From an uncultured delta proteobacterium (GTDB lineage Bacteria; Desulfobacterota; Binatia; UBA9968): a stretch of DNA of 64,000 bases. The notes under the pieces were generated by a model. That model was not told where the DNA came from, ran no database searches, and worked only from the letters and a program-made list of their open reading frames with translations. The position numbers and the translations under genes are program-made. Positions 31,643 to 43,000 of this stretch are shown in pieces (positions within the stretch are counted from its first letter, which is position 1; the number at the start of each line of letters is the position of its first letter). Where the stretch lies: assembly GCA_963727625.1 (NCBI GenBank), contig CAVSHR010000003.1, positions 168,601-232,600 on the forward strand, given 5' to 3'.

Positions 31643-32940
31643 GCTGCGCCTCCTGCCTCCGCGCTGGCACGGACCATTTTCTTGTGCTCCAATGATTCGA
31701 AAAAAGCGTCGATGCGGTTTTTGAGCTGGGCTTCGGAAAAATATCGCGGATCTTCGATATCCGATTCGATCAACAGAGTGGGAACGTTTAGTTCTTTGGT
31801 GAAATATTCACGCATGTCGCCCTGTCCCGCGGAAAAGAGGCGGCAGCTTTTGACCGAGTGAATCACCAGAGCGTCGGCATGCCACTCTTCGACATAACGG
31901 CGGATCTGCTGGTAGCGCTGCAAGAAGTTGCGGTTGGTGACGTTCCACTGGAGCATATGCTGGGCGATGGATTCCAACGGGTGGTTGGTATCATGCCGGA
32001 AGCCGAATTCCCACAGGCCGCCGACAGTGGAGTAGGTCGAGGCCACCGCCACCGCCCCCCATTTGGAAAACATATCTCGAAATGTCCGCAGGTACGGCCA
32101 AGGCGGCGGTCCTTCAATGACGAAGCGGAAACGCTCCTCAGGTAACGGCCCGGTTCCAAGCCGCACTTTTTCTTCCATCTCTTTAAGGGCAGTTTCAAAA
32201 AATCTCACTCCCTCTTCGGTTCCCCTCAGGCAATAGAGCGGCGCCATCATAGTCACCGAATCGAAATAGGCGTCGAAGGGAGAAGGAGTATTCTTGGTTA
32301 GCCCCTTGATGCGCGACCACATCTCGCCGGTTTCGCTCGAGCGGCGGACGATTTCTTTCAGCCGCGCGTAGTCGAGCTTCTTTCCTGTCAATTTCTCGCA
32401 GATCTCGATCACCTCTTCAAGCTGGCGCACGACGTAAGTAATGTCCTCTGGGCTCGGTTGTCCGGATGGATCGCGCGAAAATGGAATGTCGAGGTTGTAC
32501 AGTTGCCCGTCGCAGTACTCGGCCAGGTGCTCGAACCACTGGAGGTAGACATTGCAGCCCACGTAGTTGCAGAGGATCAGCGACGGCAGCGGAATCGTTG
32601 CGAAGGGGGTCTTGCGGTCGCCGAGAAACATGCCCACATCCGCTTTCACATAGGCGCAGTTGTCCATCGAGTAGCCGAGTTCCTCGGCCTTTTGGATAAA
32701 CGGCAGGGCGCTCTTTTTGACCGCAAGCTGCAGGGCATCGATCTCCGGATAGATTGGGATCATGTCGAACGCTTGGATCAATTCCACCGGGTTGCCGCTG
32801 ATCAGCATGTAGACGGCTTTGCCCTCGCCCTTTTCCGCGGCCCGGGTGACGCGCTCGAAGTAGCGCCCCATCATGTCTTTTTGCAGCAGATGCATCTGAC
32901 CCTGATACTGAGTTTTTTCGGCTACAGCTGTTTCCGCCAT
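31639..32940 (-). CDS. Benzoyl-CoA reductase/2-hydroxyacyl-CoA dehydratase family subunit (BcrB/BadE-like)
   Basis: [52 protein letters not shown]. Confidence 0.88.
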   Translation of the reverse strand: MAETAVAEKTQYQGQMHLLQKDMMGRYFERVTRAAEKGEGKAVYMLISGNPVELIQAFDMIPIYPEIDALQLAVKKSALPFIQKAEELGYSMDNCAYVKADVGMFLGDRKTPFATIPLPSLILCNYVGCNVYLQWFEHLAEYCDGQLYNLDIPFSRDPSGQPSPEDITYVVRQLEEVIEICEKLTGKKLDYARLKEIVRRSSETGEMWSRIKGLTKNTPSPFDAYFDSVTMMAPLYCLRGTEEGVRFFETALKEMEEKVRLGTGPLPEERFRFVIEGPPPWPYLRTFRDMFSKWGAVAVASTYSTVGGLWEFGFRHDTNHPLESIAQHMLQWNVTNRNFLQRYQQIRRYVEEWHADALVIHSVKSCRLFSAGQGDMREYFTKELNVPTLLIESDIEDPRYFSEAQLKNRIDAFFESLEHKKMVRASAEAGGAA

Positions 32941-32949
32941 AAGGTTCTC

Positions 32950-34107
32950 CTAATCGAAAAGCATTGACTCGACAAAGGTCTCGACCTCGGTACGCGCTTT
33001 ATCGAAGATCCACATCTTTTCCTCAAACTCGAGGCATAGGTGCGGAATACCCTCTTTTTCCAGCGCCCGTTTATAAAGTGCGTAGTCGAACAGCGCTGGC
33101 TCGCAGAATTTTGCTGCCAGGATTAATACCGCGGTGGCGCCGGTCTCCTTGAATTTGTCGATGAGATGTTTGGATTTGGGCTCGCGGGTATCGTGTTTGA
33201 CGCCGGAATAAACGCTTTGATTGATGTAAGCATCGGCGATGTTACGCAGGGGATCGCCTTCGGTCGAGATATCTCCAGGAAACCAGCGCCAACCAACGAG
33301 GAAGTCATCGTCCAGAATGTAGCAGCCGGCGGCCTCCAGGCCGTCGAGCAGCTCGATGGGCGGCTGCTCGCAGAAAGAGCCTTCGAGGACGACTTTGATC
33401 CTATCCTTGGGCTTTTCGTGGCGTTGGCGCAGTTCCGGCAGCGCTTCGTTGAGTATGGCGATGTGTTCCTGTGGCGGGAGCAGGGTGCCGACGCGGGTTA
33501 AGACGTAACACTCTACAGTGGAAAGATTCTGCGGCGTCTCTCTGCGGATGGCATAGAGTTCCCGCATCAGGCGACGCTGTTCATTATACAGCGAGATACT
33601 ATTTCTCAAGCCATCGTCGGTGATCTTTTTTCCGGACAATTGCTCATAGCTGGCGGCAAGCCTTTTGTACTCAGAGATCAAGTATTCCACGGTATGGGGG
33701 GAAGTCATGTTCTGGGGAAAGTGTATGTATTCCACCATCAGATCGGGAAAGTTTCTTTTGAAAACGCTGCCGAGATTGCGCGCCGGGTCGCAGATCGAGT
33801 GAAAAACCATGCCGTCGAGAAACTTGAGCCTCTCGGTGAGTCCCAACTCAAGGGTGCTTTTGACAATGGAACAAATGAAGGATTGAAAACGAGAATCGGC
33901 GTGGGCGATCTCCAGCCGGTTGCCGGCGCCGATGATGCCGACAGGCAGCATGCCCGCGGCATGAATGAGTTCGACGGGAGTGTAGACCGGATAGCACCCG
34001 ACCATTTTCTTATCGGGATTCGCTTTCTTCGACTCTACGGCGAGATCGAGTGGCGAAATCTCAAGGGGCTCGCGGTACCGAGAAACAAAATTCTCGACAG
34101 TTGTCAT
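32950..34107 (-). CDS. Benzoyl-CoA reductase family subunit (BcrC/BadD-like)
   Basis: PVYTPVELIHAAG, FQSFICSI, SICDPARN, GSFCEQPP, KFCEPAL. Confidence 0.88.
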   Translation of the reverse strand: MTTVENFVSRYREPLEISPLDLAVESKKANPDKKMVGCYPVYTPVELIHAAGMLPVGIIGAGNRLEIAHADSRFQSFICSIVKSTLELGLTERLKFLDGMVFHSICDPARNLGSVFKRNFPDLMVEYIHFPQNMTSPHTVEYLISEYKRLAASYEQLSGKKITDDGLRNSISLYNEQRRLMRELYAIRRETPQNLSTVECYVLTRVGTLLPPQEHIAILNEALPELRQRHEKPKDRIKVVLEGSFCEQPPIELLDGLEAAGCYILDDDFLVGWRWFPGDISTEGDPLRNIADAYINQSVYSGVKHDTREPKSKHLIDKFKETGATAVLILAAKFCEPALFDYALYKRALEKEGIPHLCLEFEEKMWIFDKARTEVETFVESMLFD

Positions 34108-34143
34108 GGATCGCTCCGTTATAACCTTTTTATCGGAGAGTTT

Positions 34144-34159
34144 CGCAATATGGGTGCCA
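34144..34159 (-). promoter_or_regulatory. Sigma54 -24/-12 promoter of the bcr-like operon
   Basis: Reverse complement TGGCACCCATATTGCG (GG-N10-GC), about 36 nt upstream of the ATG. Confidence 0.75.
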
Positions 34160-34287
34160 CTGGTTCTTGAACGTTTGTAGCAGTTCTCGCTTGAATTTTC
34201 CCAACAATAGGAAAGATGTGTGAAAACTTTCTCAGACGTCAGAACGGCGCCTGCGATTTCTCTTGACTAAAGCTCGACTAAAGATGG

Positions 34288-34303
34288 TGGCATGTGCCTT
34301 GCT
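34288..34303 (+). promoter_or_regulatory. Sigma54 -24/-12 promoter of the ferritin-like gene
   Basis: TGGCATGTGCCTTGCT. Confidence 0.75.
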
Positions 34304-34357
34304 CGATAAATCACTGATCCCCCGCCTAATAAGTTCGCTTACGAAAGGAGAACGGTT

Positions 34358-34924
34358 GTGGCGCGAACTCTAAGGTCTCATTCTATCAAAGCCATCGCCG
34401 GGCAAAGGGCGGAGGACGCCATGTGGGGCATCCCCGAGTCGCCTGAGTTCTCCGCCGTGCAGCATATGATGAATGAGTTTAAGACCCACGAAAACGACGA
34501 GGCGGAGTGGCTGAAGACTTACCAAAAGACTGCCGATGAAACAGACGATCCGCTCGTTCGCTTTCTGTTGAGTCTGATCATCGCCGACGAGGAGCGGCAC
34601 CATCAGATCATTGACCGCATGATAGCGAGGCTTAAAAACGACCTCGCCGAAACGCGGCCGGAAAAAATTTTCCAAGAAAAACAAGGTCCCGCCGGCAAAA
34701 ATGCCGGGCTACGAGCAGCGTTGGATCGATTTCTCGAAGTCGAGCGCAACGGCATCAAGGAATATGAGAGGTTGAGCAAGGCCAGCGGGGGGTTAGGTCA
34801 TGACTTGTTCGGACTGCTCTGCCGCACGATGGTTCATGACTCGATGAAGCACATCGGCATTCTCGATTTTTTACGGCGCAGGTTGCGTGAGCCCAAGAGC
34901 GCTAAACCTAGGCGAAAAAAGTGA
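34358..34924 (+). CDS. Ferritin/rubrerythrin-like four-helix-bundle protein
   Basis: DPLVRFLLSLIIADEERHH, EVERNG, HDSMKH diiron-type ExxH repeats; AAGGAG RBS. Confidence 0.75.
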   Translation: MARTLRSHSIKAIAGQRAEDAMWGIPESPEFSAVQHMMNEFKTHENDEAEWLKTYQKTADETDDPLVRFLLSLIIADEERHHQIIDRMIARLKNDLAETRPEKIFQEKQGPAGKNAGLRAALDRFLEVERNGIKEYERLSKASGGLGHDLFGLLCRTMVHDSMKHIGILDFLRRRLREPKSAKPRRKK

Positions 34925-35016
34925 AGAGTGGCACTATACCCATGTCACCGCGTTACATACCGCCACGCGGTTGAGTTGGTTCCGCACGCATCGACCGATC
35001 GACCTCTGTGGCGACA

Positions 35017-36105
35017 TTAATTGAGAAACTTCATTTCGATGAAATCGACCAGAGGACCGATGCGATCCGGTTGAAAATTCGGGGCTGTGGCTGCCGGCGA
35101 TTTCGAGCCCACCGTCGCAACAACTAAATCACTCGCCCTGCATAGACGTTTATCGTCGTGCCCCGACAGCACTTCGATCTTTGGCCCAGGTTCCTCGTGA
35201 AACCCTTCCACTAAGACGATGTCGTGGCCACTAAAATGAGGCAAGATTTGCTCCAGTGAATTGCGATCACTGGCGGCGCGAAATAGCGCAACGTGAGCCG
35301 GTGCCATCAGCGCAACCGTATGGGCACCCGCTCGCCGGTGGCGCCAGGTGTCCGTGCCCACAGAGTCCACTTCGGCGGGAAAGTCGGAATGATGATGTTT
35401 GACAGTGCCAACCCGATATCCGCGCGCGGTTAACTCGGCGACGAGTTTTTCGATGAGCGTGGTCTTGCCGACTTTCTTAAAGCCGACGACATGTAAAACT
35501 CGGGCGGGGACTGCGGTTCGTGAGCGGTCGGGCGGCTGGGACGCCCCGTTGGACTGCGCGCATGGAATGCAGAGCGTTTGTCCTGCCAGGTGAATTTCCC
35601 GACGGAGATTTATTCCCTCGCCGCAAGAGTCACAATAGACCCTTGGGCTACGAAAGCCCGGCATGTTCTCTTCGGGGATTTCTACCCAGGCTGGCTGAAT
35701 CCCAAAGAGTAAATCCTCGGGCATGACGGTGTAAGCTTGCTTTTGCGCCTCCCTGGGATTTGCCGCATTGGGCGCATAGGCGGCAGCATGGTCTCGCGCA
35801 TTGTCTTTGGCGAGAACTCGAACCGCTTTCTGCGCTGCCGTGTTTATAAAGGTTGCCGCCATCTTGCCATAGTCGAGAAACTTCAGGGTTCGCTTGCCCA
35901 GCGAGCAGCCGGTCACGGCTTGCACTGCGTCGGTGGCGCAACGATCCATCTCGACGTAAACAATCAGTTTTTTGCAGCCGTGTGGTTCGTCGATACCGAC
36001 TTCACGGCAACCTACCATGGCCATGCGCACGCCGAGCACTTGCCCGGCGCAGTGATGTCCGTGAAGAGAGGACGATTCCTTCAGCAGTTCAGTCAATGGG
36101 CGCAT
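35017..36105 (-). CDS. FmdE-domain / zinc-finger / MobB fusion protein
   Basis: HGHHCAGQVLG, CATDAVQAVTGCSLGK (FmdE); CDSCGE..CIPC; VGFKKVGKTT, VKHHH, LVEGF (MobB). Confidence 0.85.
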   Translation of the reverse strand: MRPLTELLKESSSLHGHHCAGQVLGVRMAMVGCREVGIDEPHGCKKLIVYVEMDRCATDAVQAVTGCSLGKRTLKFLDYGKMAATFINTAAQKAVRVLAKDNARDHAAAYAPNAANPREAQKQAYTVMPEDLLFGIQPAWVEIPEENMPGFRSPRVYCDSCGEGINLRREIHLAGQTLCIPCAQSNGASQPPDRSRTAVPARVLHVVGFKKVGKTTLIEKLVAELTARGYRVGTVKHHHSDFPAEVDSVGTDTWRHRRAGAHTVALMAPAHVALFRAASDRNSLEQILPHFSGHDIVLVEGFHEEPGPKIEVLSGHDDKRLCRASDLVVATVGSKSPAATAPNFQPDRIGPLVDFIEMKFLN

Positions 36106-36180
36106 AGGTCTTTCAAACTATTTCAACTACCGAATTCAGTTCACGAACTCGCGCGCGCTCGGGGCAATTGCGCCATCTAT

Positions 36181-37692
36181 TCATGACCGACTTTTCTCAA
36201 GTCGCAACTGTTGCCAGACAGAGACCGCTTTTTGGCCGTTGCGATCGCTCTGCGAGCCATCCCAAACGGCGAATGCCACCGGGACCGTCTCGCCCGGTGT
36301 GAGCTGACGATCTCGGGAACTCTCGGTTCTCAAGGGCCGGATCATCACCACGCGCCACTGACCTTCGCGCCAGACCGCGCTGCCGCGAATCTGTTGGTCA
36401 TCGAGGGGTTGTGGGGTCAAAGTGCCGAAGCCCTCGGCGTTCAATTCAGTTATACGGGACTGTGGTACCACCGAGTACAGTCCGTTCCCCGCAGCGCGCG
36501 CCGTCGCATAAACGGGGTCCGAGTCGAATGGATAGTCGTCTATTGCTAAGTTGGGATATGCTTTGGTGAAAGAATCGGCAATCGCTTTCAGTCCATTATC
36601 CGCGCGCCAGTACCAGATGTTGACGCCCGCGGTTTTTTCACCCATCGTGAAGCTCGGTGTTTTCCCGCTGAGGGGGAACTGAGCGGCGACAGCGTCGGCG
36701 AATGCTTGCGGTCGGGCCGCCGAAAAATCTGCGGTGGGATCATCCCATTCGATACATAAAGCCAAATCGCTTACTGTGTACAGGGCCCGAATCCGGAGGG
36801 AGCGAATAGTTTTTTCTCGCGCCCACAGCGTCATCAGTTTGACTTCGATAGGCGACACGCGCTCCCAGTCAGGGTTGAACGGATCCGCGGGATCGATGGC
36901 TGTTCGGGCGCGCTTGGCCGTGATTAAGACCGAAGGGTTGGCCAGGGCAGGCTTAACTGGCGTGCGCCCAAGAGACTGCACATAGGCGACCAGTTCCCAG
37001 GACTGTTCCGGAGTTAGCGAGTCGCTGAACACGGGCATCGGTGTGCCACCGACTCCGACTTGAATCACCTTGTAGATATCTTGCGGGGTCGCGCCCTGTT
37101 TGAAAAGGTCCGGGCGTGTGAGGTCGCGCGGGCGGATGGGATATCCCCATTCATCTCGAAGGTCTGCAACCGAGGAGCCATCGCCTCGTCCGCCCGGCCC
37201 ATGACAGGAATCACAACCGGCATCGACATAGAGTTGCTTACCCGCTGCGACCATCTTCGGTGTGAGGTGTGGCAGGGCGGGAATCTTGACCGGCTGGCCC
37301 GGCTTGGAAAAGGCGGCGGAAAAGGTTTTGATGTAGTCCACCAGGGCCAAGCGATCGCTTGGACTGAGATTCGCCCAAGCGGGCATGGCGGTCCCGGGTA
37401 TTCCCCGGGTGATCGTGCGCAAAAGATCGGCATTCGTCGGTGTAGTCGGAGTCGACCGAAACTTAAAAATTCCGCGGGTAAAATCACGCGGTTCGGGAAA
37501 AATGAGATAGGCTCCCGGCCCGTCTCCACGGCCCTCCGCTCCATGGCAAACCGCACAGTTGGCGGAATAAAGTTCCTTGCCACGGGTTAGGCTTATTGTC
37601 GGGCGATTTATTTTCTGCGCCGCCAACGCCAACGTTGATGCGAACACCGCGACCACAAGGCCGATCATCCAATTGAACTTCATGCGGATCAC
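36181..37692 (-). CDS. Diheme cytochrome c fused to a DMSO-reductase type II heme b (EbdC/NxrC-like) domain
   Basis: Signal peptide, CAVCH and CDSCH, then EWDD, DAVAAQFP, FTMGE, VNIWYWRA, AEGFGTLT, AFAVWDG..RNGQK; GTG start after AGGAGG. Confidence 0.85.
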   Translation of the reverse strand: MIRMKFNWMIGLVVAVFASTLALAAQKINRPTISLTRGKELYSANCAVCHGAEGRGDGPGAYLIFPEPRDFTRGIFKFRSTPTTPTNADLLRTITRGIPGTAMPAWANLSPSDRLALVDYIKTFSAAFSKPGQPVKIPALPHLTPKMVAAGKQLYVDAGCDSCHGPGGRGDGSSVADLRDEWGYPIRPRDLTRPDLFKQGATPQDIYKVIQVGVGGTPMPVFSDSLTPEQSWELVAYVQSLGRTPVKPALANPSVLITAKRARTAIDPADPFNPDWERVSPIEVKLMTLWAREKTIRSLRIRALYTVSDLALCIEWDDPTADFSAARPQAFADAVAAQFPLSGKTPSFTMGEKTAGVNIWYWRADNGLKAIADSFTKAYPNLAIDDYPFDSDPVYATARAAGNGLYSVVPQSRITELNAEGFGTLTPQPLDDQQIRGSAVWREGQWRVVMIRPLRTESSRDRQLTPGETVPVAFAVWDGSQSDRNGQKAVSVWQQLRLEKSRS

Positions 37693-37718
37693 GCTGCTCC
37701 CTCCTTTAATTTGCCACT

Positions 37719-38474
37719 TCAGTGCCGGGTCGAATCCTCCATTCCAGCACCGCAGGCCGCAACACATGAAAAGTTAGTCCCTTCGGGCTCAGCGGAGGCG
37801 GGTGCCGGCTCGAGATCGTTCGCCCCAAGATCAACACCGACATCGTGACAGTGCGCCTTTACGCAATCTGCCGTGATATCAGCGATTAATTCGAAAATGC
37901 CTCCACCAGCCCGGTCGCGGAGCTGTTTGAGAAAGCTCGGCGCCCATCGCCCAAGGTGGTCCCTTAAAAAACCGATTCCGGCCTGGCCACAAAGGTCGGC
38001 ATTCTCCCCCCACTCATGAAGTAGTGCATAGGCTTCTTTCAGCGCGAGTACGTGCATGAATTCGAGCTCGACGGCGATGTGGTCCGGTCGCTCCCGCCGA
38101 GTGTCGGACGGCTCCAGGCCAAATGCCCGGTAGAAACCGCTCACGTCCGCCAGACACTGAGTTTCCTGAAAAACATGATGGGTGCCATAGTCGGCTTCGT
38201 ACGGGCGTAGCTCGCCCGCCGCCGTATGGCCGAAGATCGCTACATGCTCGCCCACGAATTGCTCCGCCGTCATCGCCTGAAGTCTTTCTGGCAAACATGT
38301 AAAGCCCCTAGCGCTCCAGCCTAGAACGGAACGAACGCGTTCCAAGTCTCCTGGCGACGAATCGTGAAGCAGCTGCCACGATGCACTGTCAGGGTAGACA
38401 TAGAGCGTGGAGAGGTAATGATAGAGGGCGCTCCGTGCGTGCGCCTGTTCGATTCGTCGGCTTATGGTGTGCAT
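37719..38474 (-). CDS. TorD/DmsD/NarJ-type molybdoenzyme chaperone
   Basis: PYEADY, LADVSGFYRAFG, RPDHIAVELEFM, DHLGRW. Confidence 0.9.
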   Translation of the reverse strand: MHTISRRIEQAHARSALYHYLSTLYVYPDSASWQLLHDSSPGDLERVRSVLGWSARGFTCLPERLQAMTAEQFVGEHVAIFGHTAAGELRPYEADYGTHHVFQETQCLADVSGFYRAFGLEPSDTRRERPDHIAVELEFMHVLALKEAYALLHEWGENADLCGQAGIGFLRDHLGRWAPSFLKQLRDRAGGGIFELIADITADCVKAHCHDVGVDLGANDLEPAPASAEPEGTNFSCVAACGAGMEDSTRH

Positions 38475-38488
38475 CGCGGGGTCTCCGT

Positions 38489-39764
<1,276 letters not shown>

Positions 39765-39772
<8 letters not shown>

Positions 39773-40037
39773 CGTGACCTCCCCGGGATTCACTCTTAAA
39801 ACGTTTGCGCACGCGCTCGATGAGGCTTTGCACATAGGCCTCACCTCGCGCACGGTAGATCGAATGGGCGCCGGCATAAAAAGGATCGCGGAAGAGACCC
39901 AGCAAACGTTCGCGGTCGTAGCCGAGCCAGACGAATTCCTCCACGAAACATTCGGCCATCACCTCCGTGTCTCCTTCGGGCACGGAGACTCGAACCAGCT
40001 CCATCGGGTCGTCGTCTTCAAGGGGTTTGCGTGCCAT
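39765..40037 (-). CDS. Small acidic hypothetical protein between the alpha and beta subunits
   Basis: AAGGA RBS, DDPMELV..MAECFVEEF..LFRDPFY; stop overlaps the nxrB start. Confidence 0.75.
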
Positions 40038-40099
40038 GCTTCATCCGTCCTTAATATGGCTGGTTTTCTTACGTCCGGCCGTCTCGCGGTCCAGTGCGG

Positions 40100-43000
40100 T
40101 TATTTGTCATTTACCTTGATCATCTCTCCGCCGAGATAGCGCGTCATGAAATCCGCTTCGGCGCCGGGAGTCCGGCCGGTGCGTGCCGTTTCCCAAATTC
40201 CCTTGCCTTCGAGCCCGCCGTCCTCGGCCTTGACGATCCGGATGAGCGTTTCCTTCGGCACCGTATTGACTGCGTGGTTGTCGACGTCGAAGCCGAACAC
40301 GAAGCCCACGCTTCCGGTTTTCTTGTGGAACAGCGTGTCGGTCTGGTGCATCGGAGGAAGCCAGCCGCGCGTGATGGATTGATGCGAGCCGTAGCGATAA
40401 GAGGCTTGGTAACCGGTTTCGGGCGCCAGCGCGCGTTTGTCCGGACGGGTTTCGTGAGCCCGGACGGTTCGTTCCGTGGCAATCCAGCCGGTGTGCTTTA
40501 GAACCGTGAAGTGATAGGGCAGGGCCGGATTGAACTTCACTCTAACCATGCAGCGGAAAGCGCGGTAACGAGAGTCATCGGGCTTCCAGCCGACGTAGGG
40601 CCGGTCCACCGGGTTCGCGTCAACGTAGACGTAGTCGCCGTCATGGAGACCCATTGCCATCCCGGCTTGCGGGTTTAGTTGGATCTGGCGGTCGGCGACG
40701 CCGGGAGCCCGCTTGTCCATGCGATAGGGGTCGCCGAAATTGCACGACCAGATCCAGTTCCAGTCCACCGTCGACCACGACGAGTGGGTTGAATGGCGGC
40801 TCTTAGGAGTGGAGCAGAAAAAGCGAAATCCCTGAGTCCAAAGCGGATTGACGCTCTTCTTCACCTCGGACCACGCCATCTTGACATTGCGCACCGAGCG
40901 CAGGTCGGCGTCCATGGCATCCAGTGGAATACCGTAGTTCTCTGGGCGAACGAAGGGACTGGTCGAGACGATGACGTTGGGGAGATAGGGCGTCGCTTCG
41001 GGTCCCTCGCGGTGGACGATCAGGTTCTCCCCGTACTCGATCGCTTCGGGGAGATCGCAGTAGGCATTGAGCCGTCCCGTATCGGTGTAAAACGGGACAT
41101 CATCGTGAACTTGCTCCCAGAAAGGCACCCGGGGATAAGTACGGAACAGCATGAGCGCTGTTCCTGGCGAACCGTAGCCCCCCTTGATGATTTTATCGAC
41201 CCCGTACGACTCACGCTGGTTCCGCGTCGTTGTCGAGCTGTCGAATACCCGTTGGAGATAGACCTGCGGCTTTTTCTCCGAGACGTATTTCCAATAATCT
41301 CGGAAGCGGTGATCGCCGAATTTATCGCTCAGGGCCGCGGCCACGCCGGCGAAAATCGCCGCATCGTCCTTGGAGTCGTACAGCGGTTTGATGCCCTCGC
41401 CGCCCCAGATCTGGATGAAGGGATTGGAGCAGGAGCCGCCGCACTCGATCGTTTCAAATTCCATCCACGAATTGGCCGGCAGCACCAGGTCGGCGTATTC
41501 CGCGGAGCCGGTCCATTCGATTTGTTGATCGACGATCATGTCGACCTTCGGCAACACGTTGACGATCAGATGATAAACCCACTTGGACTGGTTGATGAAA
41601 TTTGCGTTGTTGTACCACATCATCTTTGTCGGACAGGGAAGATGGGATTTGCCGGTAAAGACTTTTCGTCCTTTGGGAGTGTCTACAGAGAGGATTTTTT
41701 CCCCGTAACCCCAGTACGAAGGTTCCTCTGCTTCGGTCGTGTCGCGCAACTGTTCACGCGTCAAACGCGCCTTTTCGTCCAGTACCGGATGAAAAGGATC
41801 TTCGTGCACGTAGGCGCCCACTCCAGGACCGCTCCACGGCGAGGCCTGAAACAGCGCGCCTTTGTAATTGCCGGCCCAGGTAAAGGCGCCGGCGCCATGC
41901 ACTCCGATGTTCCCGGTCAGGATCAGCGGCAGGTAGGTGGCGCGGTTATGAAGCGTGGCGTGGAAGTAGTGGTTGATCCCTTCACCGAAGTGAATAGCCG
42001 CGGGCTTGATCGTGGCAAGGTCCTTGGCGAGTTGGTGCACGACCTGCTTTTTCGCTCCGGAAATCTGTTCGACGGTGTCGAGGTCATAGTCTTTCAGATG
42101 CGCTTTGTAAATCGACCATACGGTCATTACTTCGACCGCCGTGCCGTCGATCAACCGCGTTTTGCCTGTCCATTCGAGTTTTGGATCAATGCCTTTGGCC
42201 ACGAGCCTTCCGCCCACGTCATCCCTCGTTACCGCCTTGAGACTCTGGCTCTTTGCGTCGAAGACAACGAAATCACCAAGTTTGTCGTACTGTTCGCGGC
42301 TAAGGTTTTGCAGTTTGAAGCTCGGGCCGTTGGGATCAAGGCTTGCTTTGTAATCTGGAAAGAGTTCCTGAGCATGTAATCGCTTGAGAGTATCGGTTCG
42401 AATCAGGAACGGCATGTCGCTAAAATGCTTGACAAAGTCGGCATCGTACCAACCCTCGTCCATGAGGATTTTGCTGAGGCCGAGGAACACGGCGGTGTCT
42501 GATAGACCGGGCCGCACCGGAATCCACGTATCACATTTGGTGGCGGGGGCGTTGTACTCTGGTGAAATGACGTAGATTTTACCGCCTCGCTCCATGATCT
42601 CAGTCATCCAGTGGGAATCGGCCATCTTATTTTCAATGAGATTTTTCCCGACTTGAATATGCAGCTTCGTGAAGCGCAGGTCATTAAAATCACAGTCCGA
42701 TGTTTGCAGACCGTGGACGAAGGGTTGTCCCGGCGCCTGGTCGCCGCGCCAGGTGTATTCATTCCAATCCCGCGACCCGAGCGCCTTCGCTTCAGGCACG
42801 CCGCGGACGTGATGATCGAGCAGCGCCATCATGTTAACGAATCGGTAAATGCCGAACTTTCCGAGCACACCGTGAATGGGCAGGTTCGAGCCGAACTTCA
42901 TCGTTCGCGTGCCGGCCTCGTTCCAATGCGTGAGCATTAAAGGATCATAGCCGTCGGCGAGCAGGCGCTGCTTGCCGCTCTCACTGCTATAGGTCTTGGC

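Noticed and set aside
40793-42379. 528-aa antisense ORF (and similar ones at 38381..39490, 56024..56932, 26800..27636)
   Set aside because: Shadow ORFs opposite well-supported genes in high-GC DNA, with no motifs
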